DNA of 64,000 nucleotides. Origin: an uncultured delta proteobacterium (GTDB lineage: Bacteria > Myxococcota_A > Polyangia > Polyangiales > Houyiibacteriaceae). The stretch spans positions 416,001-480,000 of the forward strand of contig CAVOVB010000001.1 in assembly GCA_963699755.1 (NCBI GenBank). The letters are read 5' to 3'. Shown one piece after another: positions 48,635-59,831 of the stretch. The stretch's first letter is position 1; every line of letters begins with the position of its first letter. The notes under the pieces were generated by a model, which was given only the letters and a program-made list of their open reading frames with translations, was not told the DNA's origin and made no database searches. The position numbers and the translations under genes were made by a program.

Positions 48635-48645
48635 GCTAATGGCCC
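48573..48645 (-). tRNA. tRNA-Lys(CTT); probable island attachment site
   Basis: GGGCCATTAGCTCAAGTGGTAGAGCAGTGGATT-CTT-AATCCAT..GGTTCGAGTCCAGGATGGCCCA cloverleaf. Confidence 0.95.
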
Positions 48646-48665
48646 GATTTGCCGCGTTCCCGCGG

Positions 48666-48739
<74 letters not shown>

Positions 48740-48900
48740 TCTTTTCTGGGGATCTTTTCGCTTGAGGCCGGCTTTCCCCCTTCGCTCGCTCCCTGCGACG
48801 TACTCGAGTACGCCTCAGTCGTTCGCTACGGGGGGGCGCTCGCCCTCAAACGAAAATCTCTCCCACCAAAGATTGTTACGCAAGTCTGTCAAAGAGTTAG

Positions 48901-48976
48901 TGGGGTGAGTGACGGGAATTGAACCCGCGACACCCGGAGCCACAATCCAGTGCTCTACCACTGAGCTACACCCACC
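48901..48976 (-). tRNA. tRNA-His(GTG)
   Basis: G-1, anticodon loop TT-GTG-GC, T arm GGTTCAATTCC, encoded CCA. Confidence 0.95.
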
Positions 48977-49017
48977 AAAGGGGGCGGAGTCTAGCCTCAC
49001 TTCGCGGGTAGGCAAGG

Positions 49018-49542
49018 CTAGACACAACGGCCTTTTTCGTAATGCCTTCGGGCCCATTCCGCCATGGCAATGCCGGCGGCGACGCTGATGGGGTAGCTGT
49101 GATTGATACCGAACATCGGGATGCCGACGACTTGCTTGGCAGCCTCCAAAATCCCGGGCGAGCAGCCGTCGTCCTCGTTGCCGAAGACCAGGACGGCGTT
49201 CTCGGGGAGCTCGGCTTCCCAGAGGCCCACTTGGGCTTCGTCCTTTTCGAAGGCGACCAGCGGCCAGCCTTCCTTCTCCACCGCATCGAGGAAGATTCTC
49301 TCGCTCGGGAGCTCGACGATGTTTTCGTAGCGCTGCATGCCCATGGCCGCGCGCTCGTACCAGGGTTCGGTCCCAATCAAGATGATTTCCTTCACTAGGA
49401 ACGAATGTGCGGTGCGGACGATGGAGCCGATGTTGAAGGGGTTCTTGGCGCGGTCGATGGCGATGCGGAAGGGATGCCGAATGCGGTTGAGCTCGCTTCG
49501 GATTTCACCCCGGGGCATCTCAAACGAGGGGACGCGCGCCAT
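49018..49542 (-). CDS. SpoU/TrmH family RNA methyltransferase
   Basis: NPFNIGSIVRT, LVFGNEDDG, IPMFG..SYPISVAAGI. Confidence 0.88.
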   Translation of the reverse strand: MARVPSFEMPRGEIRSELNRIRHPFRIAIDRAKNPFNIGSIVRTAHSFLVKEIILIGTEPWYERAAMGMQRYENIVELPSERIFLDAVEKEGWPLVAFEKDEAQVGLWEAELPENAVLVFGNEDDGCSPGILEAAKQVVGIPMFGINHSYPISVAAGIAMAEWARRHYEKGRCV

Positions 49543-50091
49543 TTACTTCCACTTGATGGAACAGCCCATCGAAGGGACGTGCTCGAAGTCGACCGCGCGG
49601 CCTTCCAAGGCAGCGTCGAGGACGGCGCGGAGGTCGCGGCGGGTGACCTGTTCAGGCTGCTGCCAGTTGTCGTCGATGCGCCCGTTGTAAACGAGCTTGC
49701 GGTCGCGGTCGAAGACGAAGATGTCGGGGGTGCAGGCTGCGTCGTAGGCGCGCGCGACGCTCTGCGATTCGTCGTGGAGGTAGGGGAAGGTGAAGCCCTT
49801 GTCGGCGGCCCGCTTCTTCATGTTGTCGAAGGAGTCGGCAGGGTAGTTGTCGGCGTCGTTGGGGTTGATGGCGACGAGCTGCACTCCTTTGTTGCCGTAG
49901 TCTGCTTGGATTTCGAGGAGGCGGTCTTCGCTGGCGATGGCATACGGGCAGTGGTTGCAGGTGAAGACCACGACCAGGAGCTCGGCGTCGGCAAAAGAGT
50001 CGAGCGACCAGCGCTTGCCGTCCACGCCGGGCAGCGAAAAAGGCGGAGCGGGGGTGCCGACCGCCATCCCTTTGGAGTGCATCAGAGCCAT
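49543..50091 (-). CDS. Thioredoxin-fold AhpC/TSA family protein
   Basis: FTCNHCPY, AINPND, AACTPD, YNGRIDD, SMGCSIKWK. Confidence 0.92.
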   Translation of the reverse strand: MALMHSKGMAVGTPAPPFSLPGVDGKRWSLDSFADAELLVVVFTCNHCPYAIASEDRLLEIQADYGNKGVQLVAINPNDADNYPADSFDNMKKRAADKGFTFPYLHDESQSVARAYDAACTPDIFVFDRDRKLVYNGRIDDNWQQPEQVTRRDLRAVLDAALEGRAVDFEHVPSMGCSIKWK

Positions 50092-50161
50092 GGCTACCCT
50101 GTAGTGCCGGCGGCGGGCCAATGCCAGCGGACGCGGCGAGCGTGTTAGGTTAACGACGACG

Positions 50162-51472
50162 ATGCCCGAAGGGGACACAGCGCATGACCCGTTGCTCGGA
50201 GCCACGCTCGGTGGGCTCTACCAGGTGCAGCGCCTGATTGGGGTCGGCGGCATGGGCCGAGTCTACGAAGCGACCCATCGAAACCTCGGCAAGGCGTATG
50301 CGGTGAAGGTCTTGCCAGAGGGGCGTGCGGACAAGCCCGATGCCGTCGAGCGCTTCCTGCGGGAGGCGAAGTCGGCGACCAAAATCGACCACGAGCACAT
50401 CGTCAAAGTGGTCAACTGCGACAGCGACGAGGAACACCGGCTCTTCATCGTCATGGAGCTCCTCGACGGAGAGAACCTGGCCGAGCGGCTCGAGCGGGGC
50501 GCCCTGCCCGTCGAGGAGGCGGTGGAAATCGCCCGGCAAACTGGAGAGGCCCTGCAGGCCGCCCATGACGCGGGCATCGTGCACCGGGACCTGAAGCCCG
50601 AGAACATCTTTCTCACGCAGAAGCAGGGCCGAGATTTCGTGAAGGTGCTCGACTTCGGCATCTCGAAAATCAAGACGCCGGAGCACGGCGACCCGAAGCT
50701 CACGGCGACGGACCAAATCATCGGGACACCGCTCTACATCTCGCCGGAGCTCGCGCGGGGCGTATCGGTGGTCGACCACCGGACCGACGTATACGCGCTC
50801 GGTGTCATCCTCTACGAGATGCTCACCGGCTCGCCGCCGTTCATCGGGCAGAATCATTTCCAGCTCCTCTACAAGCACGGGAACGAAGCGCCGGACCCAC
50901 CGTCGCATCGAAGCAAGAAGGCGAACATTCCGCCGCACGTCGAAGCCGCCGTGCTCCGTGCCATGGAAAAAGACCCGGCGGACCGCTTCGGCACGATGAG
51001 CGAGTTTTGTGATGCGCTGCGCGGGCCAACGGTGCCTCGCCGGGCATGGACTATCGGGATGCCCTTGCTCGCCGCGGCGCTCGTCGCTGCCGTGGCCTTC
51101 CTCTTGTGGCCGACGCCTTCCCCTGTGCAGGTCGCCGAACCGCTGGCACCTAGATCGCCGGCATCGCCCGCTGTGACAGAAAAGTCAGCCAGCCCCGCAG
51201 AAACTTCTCCAATCGAGCCGCCTGCCGAGGCGGTGAGCCTTGCCCTCGATTCGCGGCCTCGGGGCGCTTTTGTCTGGGTAAATGGTACCAAGAGGGGCCG
51301 GACCCCGCTCGAGGTCGAGCTCGACCGAGGGCTCCGGACGACGGTACGGTTTTCGCTTCACGGTTATCGCAGCGAGGAGCGCGAGCTGGTCCCCGACCAG
51401 GACGATGCGCTCCTGGTGCGCTTGAAAAAGAAAACCCGACCCAAGCCCTCACCGATTAAGACAGACTTCTAG
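50162..51472 (+). CDS. Membrane Ser/Thr protein kinase with C-terminal PEGA domain
   Basis: GVGGMG, AVK, HRDLKPEN, DFG, SPE, TM segment, DSRPRGA.V.VNG..GRTPL. Confidence 0.95.
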   Translation: MPEGDTAHDPLLGATLGGLYQVQRLIGVGGMGRVYEATHRNLGKAYAVKVLPEGRADKPDAVERFLREAKSATKIDHEHIVKVVNCDSDEEHRLFIVMELLDGENLAERLERGALPVEEAVEIARQTGEALQAAHDAGIVHRDLKPENIFLTQKQGRDFVKVLDFGISKIKTPEHGDPKLTATDQIIGTPLYISPELARGVSVVDHRTDVYALGVILYEMLTGSPPFIGQNHFQLLYKHGNEAPDPPSHRSKKANIPPHVEAAVLRAMEKDPADRFGTMSEFCDALRGPTVPRRAWTIGMPLLAAALVAAVAFLLWPTPSPVQVAEPLAPRSPASPAVTEKSASPAETSPIEPPAEAVSLALDSRPRGAFVWVNGTKRGRTPLEVELDRGLRTTVRFSLHGYRSEERELVPDQDDALLVRLKKKTRPKPSPIKTDF

Positions 51473-51475
51473 CCA

Positions 51476-52495
51476 GTGTTTGCCCGATTCCCGCTCGCGC
51501 TCCTCGCCCTGCTCTGCTTGGCGAGCCCCTCCTTCGCGGCTGCGCAGAGCAGCACCGAAAACGCCGAGGCGCGCGTCTACTTCGAGGAAGGAAACCGGCT
51601 CTTCGAGCAAGCGAATCGGTCCTGGGGCCCGCAGCGAACCGGGCTGCTTCAACGCTCGCTCGAAGCGTACGTAGACAGCCTGCAAATCGTACGGAGCCGC
51701 AACGCGCTCTTCAATGCGGCCATCGTCCTCGGCGAGCTCGGGCGCAACGCCGAAGCGTTCAACTACTTCAGCGAGTACCTGCTGATTGAAGGCTTGTCCG
51801 AGGCCGACCGACGGAACGCAACCGAGCGCCGTGACGCGCTTCGAGCTGACGTGGCGGTGCTTCGGGCGACGACCGAGCCTCCCGGGGCATTGCTCTGGGT
51901 CGACCGCAAAGACCTGGCGCCTCGTGGTGAGACACCGATCGAGCTCGCTTTGCCCGCTGGCGAGCACCGGGCCTTCGTCGAGAAGGAAGGGTACGAGCCG
52001 GTCGAGCGGGTGCAGACGATGGTGCGTGGGGAAACCGCCATGATGGAGCTGGTGCTCGTGCCGATTGTCGTCGAGCCTGTCGTGCCGGAACCGGAGCCAA
52101 TGCCCGAGCTCGCGCCGGAGACAACCCGTCCGCGGCTTCGCAACGCGGCCATTGGAACGGCGGCGAGCACCTTGGCGACCGCCGGCGTGGCGATCGGGCT
52201 CTCGGTCCACGCGCGGACGCTGCGAGACGACTACATCCAGGCCGCCGCGCAGTACCAGATGAGCCGCGAGCCGGCCGACTACCAGCGGGCCCAGGACCTC
52301 GCCGACCAGACCGAGCGCTTCAACCTGGCTGCGGACGTGCTCTGGGGAACGACCATCGCCCTCGGTATCAGCGCAATTGTGCTCTATGGAGTGCACCGAA
52401 AGAAGCAGAAGCGGGAGGCACCCGAGGTTGCGATTTCGATGTCGCGGCAGGGAGGCTTCGCATCGATTCGGATGCCGTTTGGAGCGGTCCAATGA
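51476..52495 (+). CDS. TPR + PEGA domain protein
   Basis: Signal peptide, AR.YFEEGN, LFN, TEPPGA..G.TP, C-terminal hydrophobic hairpin. Confidence 0.8.
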   Translation: MFARFPLALLALLCLASPSFAAAQSSTENAEARVYFEEGNRLFEQANRSWGPQRTGLLQRSLEAYVDSLQIVRSRNALFNAAIVLGELGRNAEAFNYFSEYLLIEGLSEADRRNATERRDALRADVAVLRATTEPPGALLWVDRKDLAPRGETPIELALPAGEHRAFVEKEGYEPVERVQTMVRGETAMMELVLVPIVVEPVVPEPEPMPELAPETTRPRLRNAAIGTAASTLATAGVAIGLSVHARTLRDDYIQAAAQYQMSREPADYQRAQDLADQTERFNLAADVLWGTTIALGISAIVLYGVHRKKQKREAPEVAISMSRQGGFASIRMPFGAVQ

Positions 52496-54480
52496 GTCGC
52501 GTGCTCCTAGCGCTGCTCGCCTCTTCTTTGCTGCTCGCGGTCGGATGCTCCTGGCTCAACGCGCCCGAGCGAAACCTCACGCCTCCGGACGGCGGCGTCG
52601 ACGGCGGCGGCATCGAGCTCTTTTGTGACGACGAGCTCGACGACGACAACGACATGGCGTTCGACTGCGACGACAGCGACTGCGCACAAGAACCGGCCTG
52701 TTGCGAGCTTCGGCGCACCAGCCTGCGCGATGACTGGACCGGCGCCGACTTGAGCGACGATTGGATTTTCGCACCGAGCGGCGGTGGCCCCTGGGGCCCG
52801 CTTCGACCTTCACTCGAGGGCACGACGTTTGTTGGAGGCTTTCTTCCGGACGACTCCCCGCGCGCGCTCGTGAGCAGAGACTGCGTCTCGCTTGCGCTCG
52901 GCGGTTGGCTGAGCACGACGCTGCGAACGAGCGACGCGACGGGCTGCGGGCCGAGCACCGAATGTGAACGCTACGCCGGCGTGGTGCTCACGGTCGCCGA
53001 TGATTCGGCGTTTGGCGGAAAGCTTCAAGACGAGCTTGCCGTCACGCTTCATGCGGGCGGCCTCGTTGTGGTGACCCAAGCCGATGTCGAAGTGGCGCGC
53101 GCAACGGTGGGCGTCGACCAGAACATCGCCGTCGAAGTCGAGCTCCGACCGAGGCTCGATGACGCGAACCTGCCCATCATGGAAGCCCAGGTGACGGTAG
53201 ACGGAGAGCTGCTGCTCGAGGGGTTCACCGTTACTACGATTGCCGACTTGCTCGCCGAGGGCGACTGCGCCGAAATCCCAGGGCTCCGGGTGGCGGCACA
53301 GGGCCGGGGCGATGGTGTGTACGTCGGTCCTCTCGAGACCGCCAAGCAGGACTGTGCCAATCCGAGCCAGTTCGATGAACAAAGTGCAACCTTGAGCGCG
53401 GCGAACCTCGGACTTAACCCTTCCTGGGTGTCGGCCTACGTGGGTTCGCCGGCGTTGGCCAGCTCACGAAGCTCGATTTCGGACGTCCAGTGGGACTTGA
53501 TGATGGAAGGGAGCAACGACCCGCCCGAGCTCGAGTCGACGACGCACATTGGCTACGCCATCGGCCACGCACGGGTCGCCACCGACGAGGCCGGCGACTG
53601 GCCGCTCGCCGGTTGGACGTCGAGCGATTCACCCAAGGTGGGTGACGACCCGCCGTCTTGTTTGGACGGCACCTGCTCCGACAAGCGAAGCGTTCGCGAG
53701 CCGCATCTTCTCGCTGAGCTCAATGTCGACGGGGAGCTTCGCGACCTGGTCTTGTCTTTTGCGCGCGAGCTGGTGAGCGACCCGAGCGAGCGCGACTTGT
53801 TTGGGATTCAAATCGTGCGCCCGGTCAGCAGCCCGGTCACTCCGCTGGCCCTTCCCGGCACGCCGACGCTTTCGCCCGCCGAGATTCCCGAATGCGTGAG
53901 CTTGCGGGATCCATCGCTAATTCCAGTGGATCCGGAGGCGCAGCAGGGGTACTGGCTGCTGTTCACCTGCGTCGAAGGGCCAGGAGCGGCAAGAGAGATT
54001 CACGCGGTTCGGATTTCGCGCGCACTCGAAGTCGTGCGCGAAGGCGGCGCACCGATGCGGCGACGGGTCCTGGTGGCGGGTGAGCTCGGGCCGTTTGCAG
54101 CAGCCGGGATTCGTTCGCCCGAGCCGCTGATTTCGTTCAAGGGGGACGGCGTCCGCTTGCGCATCTGGTTCTTGGCGCAGAGCACACCTGGCCAATGGGG
54201 GGTGGCGCTTGCCGAGGCCCGAAGCCACGACACCTCAGCGCTCGAGTTCGAGCTCCCGGAGCCCTTGCCCTTCTTGGTGAACCCGATCGTGAGCAGCACG
54301 TCGAGCTTAGTCCTCAGCGGCTGCCTTGGGGAGGATTGCGCCATCACTGGAATCGCCGTGGCGCCCCGTGCGGACGATCCGAGCAGGCTCCGATTCGTGT
54401 TGGCACGGCGCTTGTATCTACCGGGTGGGGGTCGCGCCGACCAATTAATCCCTTTGGAGCAAACTTGGAGCATGCCTTGA
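52492..54480 (+). CDS. Large lipoprotein with myxobacterial Cys/Asp motif and propeller-like C-terminus
   Basis: AVGC lipobox, CDDELDDDNDMAFDCDDSDC, REPH / RDPS / RSPE blade starts. Confidence 0.65.
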   Translation: MSRVLLALLASSLLLAVGCSWLNAPERNLTPPDGGVDGGGIELFCDDELDDDNDMAFDCDDSDCAQEPACCELRRTSLRDDWTGADLSDDWIFAPSGGGPWGPLRPSLEGTTFVGGFLPDDSPRALVSRDCVSLALGGWLSTTLRTSDATGCGPSTECERYAGVVLTVADDSAFGGKLQDELAVTLHAGGLVVVTQADVEVARATVGVDQNIAVEVELRPRLDDANLPIMEAQVTVDGELLLEGFTVTTIADLLAEGDCAEIPGLRVAAQGRGDGVYVGPLETAKQDCANPSQFDEQSATLSAANLGLNPSWVSAYVGSPALASSRSSISDVQWDLMMEGSNDPPELESTTHIGYAIGHARVATDEAGDWPLAGWTSSDSPKVGDDPPSCLDGTCSDKRSVREPHLLAELNVDGELRDLVLSFARELVSDPSERDLFGIQIVRPVSSPVTPLALPGTPTLSPAEIPECVSLRDPSLIPVDPEAQQGYWLLFTCVEGPGAAREIHAVRISRALEVVREGGAPMRRRVLVAGELGPFAAAGIRSPEPLISFKGDGVRLRIWFLAQSTPGQWGVALAEARSHDTSALEFELPEPLPFLVNPIVSSTSSLVLSGCLGEDCAITGIAVAPRADDPSRLRFVLARRLYLPGGGRADQLIPLEQTWSMP

Positions 54481-56375
54481 ACCGAAATCGACGAGCCCAG
54501 CGCTTGAATTGGCTGGCCATGATCGCCGTCGTGGCGGCGATGTCGCTCGGTTGCGGCGATGCGAGCAGCGACGGCGCGGCGTCTCTGGACCATGGTCCCA
54601 ACGTTGGAGGCGCAGGCTCGGCGGGCGACTCCGGGCTCGGCGGCCAGGGCGGCGCGCAAGGCGCCAACGCCCCCGATGGCTTCTTCGACAATCCGGTCGA
54701 CCTACTCTTTGCCGATGCGCAGCGGAACCCAGGCGACTTCCTTGGGCCGAGCACCGACGCGACCGAAGGCGCACGAAGCTACAACGAGGCGGCGCTCGCC
54801 TGTTACGCAGCTACCAACGCGTGTGGGGCCGCGGAGTGCGGGGCCTTTGCTTCCTGCTGCGTGAACACCGGCACTTGCTGCATGCCGCTTGTCGAGGAAG
54901 CACCGTTGCCGGCAGCGCTCGACTTCCGAGCGTGCAATGGGCAGGACCTAGTCGACTGCGCGGAAACCAGCCTGGCCAACGCGGTGACTTTTGGCGAGCT
55001 CGAGCCGCTGCTCAACGCGCGAGGCCTGGTGCCGAACGGGACGGCGGAAGCCGAAGGTGGCGTGCTCATCGGCGAGCCGGTGAATCTCGCCTCGCAACGC
55101 GTCGAGCTCGACGTGCAGTTCTCCTTGCCGGTCGGTTGCGGCGGCACCTGCCTCGAGAGCGCCGGCGTGGCGTTCACGGCGACCGAGCCCGGCTCCTTGG
55201 TCGACGCGGAGGTCGGCTTGCTGTTGAGCGGATCCCGAGAGGTCGTGAACGTCATGATTGGCAACGAGGTGGCCGACTCCTTCTTCGCGGCCCCCGGGAG
55301 CACGAAGTGGCGCATGGTCCTGTCGTCGGGCGGCTCGGCGCAGGTGTTCCGCGACGGAGAGCTTCGAGGCCGATACGGGTTTGATGCGGCCGCCCTCAGC
55401 CAGGCGCGACTCGTGGCCTTTGGGCGAAATCTGAGCGAGCCGAGCCAAAGCGCCGCGATTGCTGCGATTCAGGTTCAGCTGGCGCAGTGCGACAACCCGC
55501 GCTCCTGGATGGAGCGGCAGCCGGTTTTCGTTTCCATCGGCGTGAACGACTTCCCTCGGCATGCGTTCGGCTCTGGGCCTTCGGTGTTGGACCTTCAGCA
55601 GAGCAGGCAGGTCGCATACGAGCTCGACGGTGAGATCTACGTCGGCGAACAACGGACGCCTGCCGAGATTTTCGTCGAGGTGCCGGCACCGGCGCTCTCG
55701 CCGACCGAGCCCTACGAGGCGATGGGCCTCGGGGACCCGGAGCTGGTCTTCGATGGGAGCAATGTCTTCCTTTTCTACACGGCGCGCGATGGGAGCGGCG
55801 CGGGAAGCATCGGCGTCGCGGCGTCGGATGAAAGCCTCACGCAGTTCAGCAAAGCCGGCGCGCCAGTCCTGGTTGCCACCGGCGATGTCGTCTCGTACGA
55901 CGCACCGACGGTCGTGTTCCGTGACGGGCTCTGGCTGCTCATCGTTCGGGCAAGCCTTTCGAGTGGCGTGACCGAGCTTCGGGCGTTCTACACGAGCAGC
56001 CTCGAGACGGGCTGGGCGCGCGTGGTCAACGGTGCCCTCGAGCAACTCACTCGCGTGCAGAGCGCCACATCGGCAATCACGGAACCGAGCTTGGTGATTC
56101 ACAACAGCGCCTACCAGCTCTACTACGCGCGCCGCAGCGGCACCCGTTGGTCGGTGGAGCTCCTGGTTTCCGACGAGCTCCTGCTCTGGCGGTCGATGGG
56201 TGACGTGCTCGGCCGGAGCGACCAAGCGTTCGATAGCCTGGGCGCACGGAGCCCGGACGTGATCTCGGGGCCGGACCGAATCGACATCATCTACTCCGGG
56301 CAGGACGGGGTAGCGTTCCAGCTCGGTACGGCCTTTCGGACTGCCCCTTCGGACACGGCACCGAGCGTCTTTTGA
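54477..56375 (+). CDS. Large lipoprotein with five-bladed propeller (GH43/GH130-like) C-terminus
   Basis: TTG overlapping the upstream TGA; SLGC lipobox; GDPELV..LFYT, DAPTVV, EPSLV..LYY, SPDV..YSG. Confidence 0.65.
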   Translation: MNRNRRAQRLNWLAMIAVVAAMSLGCGDASSDGAASLDHGPNVGGAGSAGDSGLGGQGGAQGANAPDGFFDNPVDLLFADAQRNPGDFLGPSTDATEGARSYNEAALACYAATNACGAAECGAFASCCVNTGTCCMPLVEEAPLPAALDFRACNGQDLVDCAETSLANAVTFGELEPLLNARGLVPNGTAEAEGGVLIGEPVNLASQRVELDVQFSLPVGCGGTCLESAGVAFTATEPGSLVDAEVGLLLSGSREVVNVMIGNEVADSFFAAPGSTKWRMVLSSGGSAQVFRDGELRGRYGFDAAALSQARLVAFGRNLSEPSQSAAIAAIQVQLAQCDNPRSWMERQPVFVSIGVNDFPRHAFGSGPSVLDLQQSRQVAYELDGEIYVGEQRTPAEIFVEVPAPALSPTEPYEAMGLGDPELVFDGSNVFLFYTARDGSGAGSIGVAASDESLTQFSKAGAPVLVATGDVVSYDAPTVVFRDGLWLLIVRASLSSGVTELRAFYTSSLETGWARVVNGALEQLTRVQSATSAITEPSLVIHNSAYQLYYARRSGTRWSVELLVSDELLLWRSMGDVLGRSDQAFDSLGARSPDVISGPDRIDIIYSGQDGVAFQLGTAFRTAPSDTAPSVF

Positions 56376-56406
56376 CAGCGCGGCGCTGGGCGCCGATGGT
56401 GAAGGG

Positions 56407-56859
56407 ATGGCTTCTTTCGAGACGGAGCCCCCCCCGGCGCAACCGAGCGGCAAAGCCCGGCGGCGGAGGAGCATGTTCATCGGGGCGTTTGTCTTGCTGC
56501 AGTTCTTGGTGCCGCTGACCTATCTGGCGCGCGAGGACGCCACCGACGAGCGGTTCACCTGGCGAAGGCTCGGCGAGGTGGTGGCGCCTGCGTGCGAGAC
56601 CCGCGCATCGCTCGAGCGGATGGATGGCGAGCGGGAGGCGATTTCGCTCGAGACGCAAATCCACCGCGACTGGCTCGTGTACATAGCGCAGGGACGGCGG
56701 GCCGTGGTCGAGGCTTTGCTGCAAAAGCAATGCGAGGCGGACGGGGTCTTGTCGGTCGAGCTCGTCAACCGCTGCACCGACGAGCGTGGCGTACGGGCGT
56801 ACACACTTCGCTGCGGCGGCGAGCGGGCCCACGAAACCGTGAGGACGGCAGCGCGATGA
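56407..56859 (+). CDS. Hypothetical protein resembling the C-terminal part of HTTM/VKGC proteins
   Basis: LQFLVPLTYL..DERFTWR compared with VQAVVPLRAHL..MRYSWR of the 9299 protein. Confidence 0.55.
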   Translation: MASFETEPPPAQPSGKARRRRSMFIGAFVLLQFLVPLTYLAREDATDERFTWRRLGEVVAPACETRASLERMDGEREAISLETQIHRDWLVYIAQGRRAVVEALLQKQCEADGVLSVELVNRCTDERGVRAYTLRCGGERAHETVRTAAR

Positions 56860-57989
56860 AACCGCTCGAACGGTACTGGTTTGGAGAGGTGGCGCTCGCG
56901 CGGCCATACTTGCTGCTCCGCTTCGTGCTCGTGCTCCTCGCCTTCGACACCTGGCTCAACATGATGCCGCGGGGAGCACGCTACGGGGTCGGCGCGTTCA
57001 ACGTGGCGCACTTCCCCTGGTTCGATGGCTTTGTCCCGAGCTCAGGCTTCTATCTCGGTGTCCTGGCGTTCACCGGGGTGCTCGCGCTGAGCCAAGCGCT
57101 TTACCGACCCCACCGGATCGCGATCGCGCTCATCGCCGTCGGCTACACCCTCGGCTGGTCGTGCAGTCTTCTCGACTCGGTCCCCTATCACTACCTCCTT
57201 TCGCTCTATCTGCTTTGCTTCGTGTTCTTTCCAATGCTGAGCGCGCGCGCGGCTTTTTCTCGGTCCGACCGGGCGCCGCGGGGGAGCGTTGCGGCCTACG
57301 TCCTGTTCTGCGTCACCACGGCCATCGTCTATTTCTACGTCGCGGCCTGGGCTGCGGCGCGTGGCGAGTCGTACTGGCTGCCCATGGCCTGCTGCGTCGG
57401 ATACCTGATGGTGAGCATGCAAGACCGCGTCGAGCTTCCCGCCGTCCGGATGCTTACGCCGATGCTGGTGGCCGCGCCGCTGTTCTTTCACTTGTCAACA
57501 CCAGAGCCCAGATGGCTCCCGCTGTACATGACCGGCATCGCGCTCCTCATGTTTTCGCCGGTGCAATGGGTTCACGCCTTCGGCCGCGCCCTCACCCAGC
57601 CGGCGCGCGGCCTCATCGATGAACGCGAGCCAGACCAAGGCGGCCTCGACGAGCGCGCCTCGCAGGTCTTCTACCTCTCCTTGTTCGGATTGGTCTTCGC
57701 CCCGATGCTGAGTACGTTCGTAGACCTGCCGGGTGTGAAAACCGGCTGCAGCTTGACCGCCATCGCCATGCTCGTCGTGATGGGGCGGCAGCTCTACTTC
57801 ACGCCGCGCTGGCGTCCGCTCTGGCGCGTAGCCAGCCTTTTCGCCGGTTGCCTTGCGCTCTTGGTCACCATGAGCGCCAGCAATGCCCGTTTCGACTACT
57901 ACCGTGAAGGCGCGCTCGACGCGGACCGGCGTGGGGACCAAGACGCTGCGACGGTGTTCCGCGAGAAGGCCGAGCGTTACGCCCCATAG
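56856..57989 (+). CDS. Degenerate HTTM-like polytopic membrane protein
   Basis: LERYWFG..LARPYLL, FNVAHF, YHYLLSL, IVYFY; ATG overlaps the upstream TGA. Confidence 0.65.
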   Translation: MKPLERYWFGEVALARPYLLLRFVLVLLAFDTWLNMMPRGARYGVGAFNVAHFPWFDGFVPSSGFYLGVLAFTGVLALSQALYRPHRIAIALIAVGYTLGWSCSLLDSVPYHYLLSLYLLCFVFFPMLSARAAFSRSDRAPRGSVAAYVLFCVTTAIVYFYVAAWAAARGESYWLPMACCVGYLMVSMQDRVELPAVRMLTPMLVAAPLFFHLSTPEPRWLPLYMTGIALLMFSPVQWVHAFGRALTQPARGLIDEREPDQGGLDERASQVFYLSLFGLVFAPMLSTFVDLPGVKTGCSLTAIAMLVVMGRQLYFTPRWRPLWRVASLFAGCLALLVTMSASNARFDYYREGALDADRRGDQDAATVFREKAERYAP

Positions 57990-58055
57990 GTCGGTTCCCG
58001 GGGGTTCCGCTCAAGAACGCGCCAATCGCGGCGCCGGCTGCTAGTCTGCGCCTGG

Positions 58056-59825
<1,770 letters not shown>

Positions 59826-59831
59826 GCTGCC

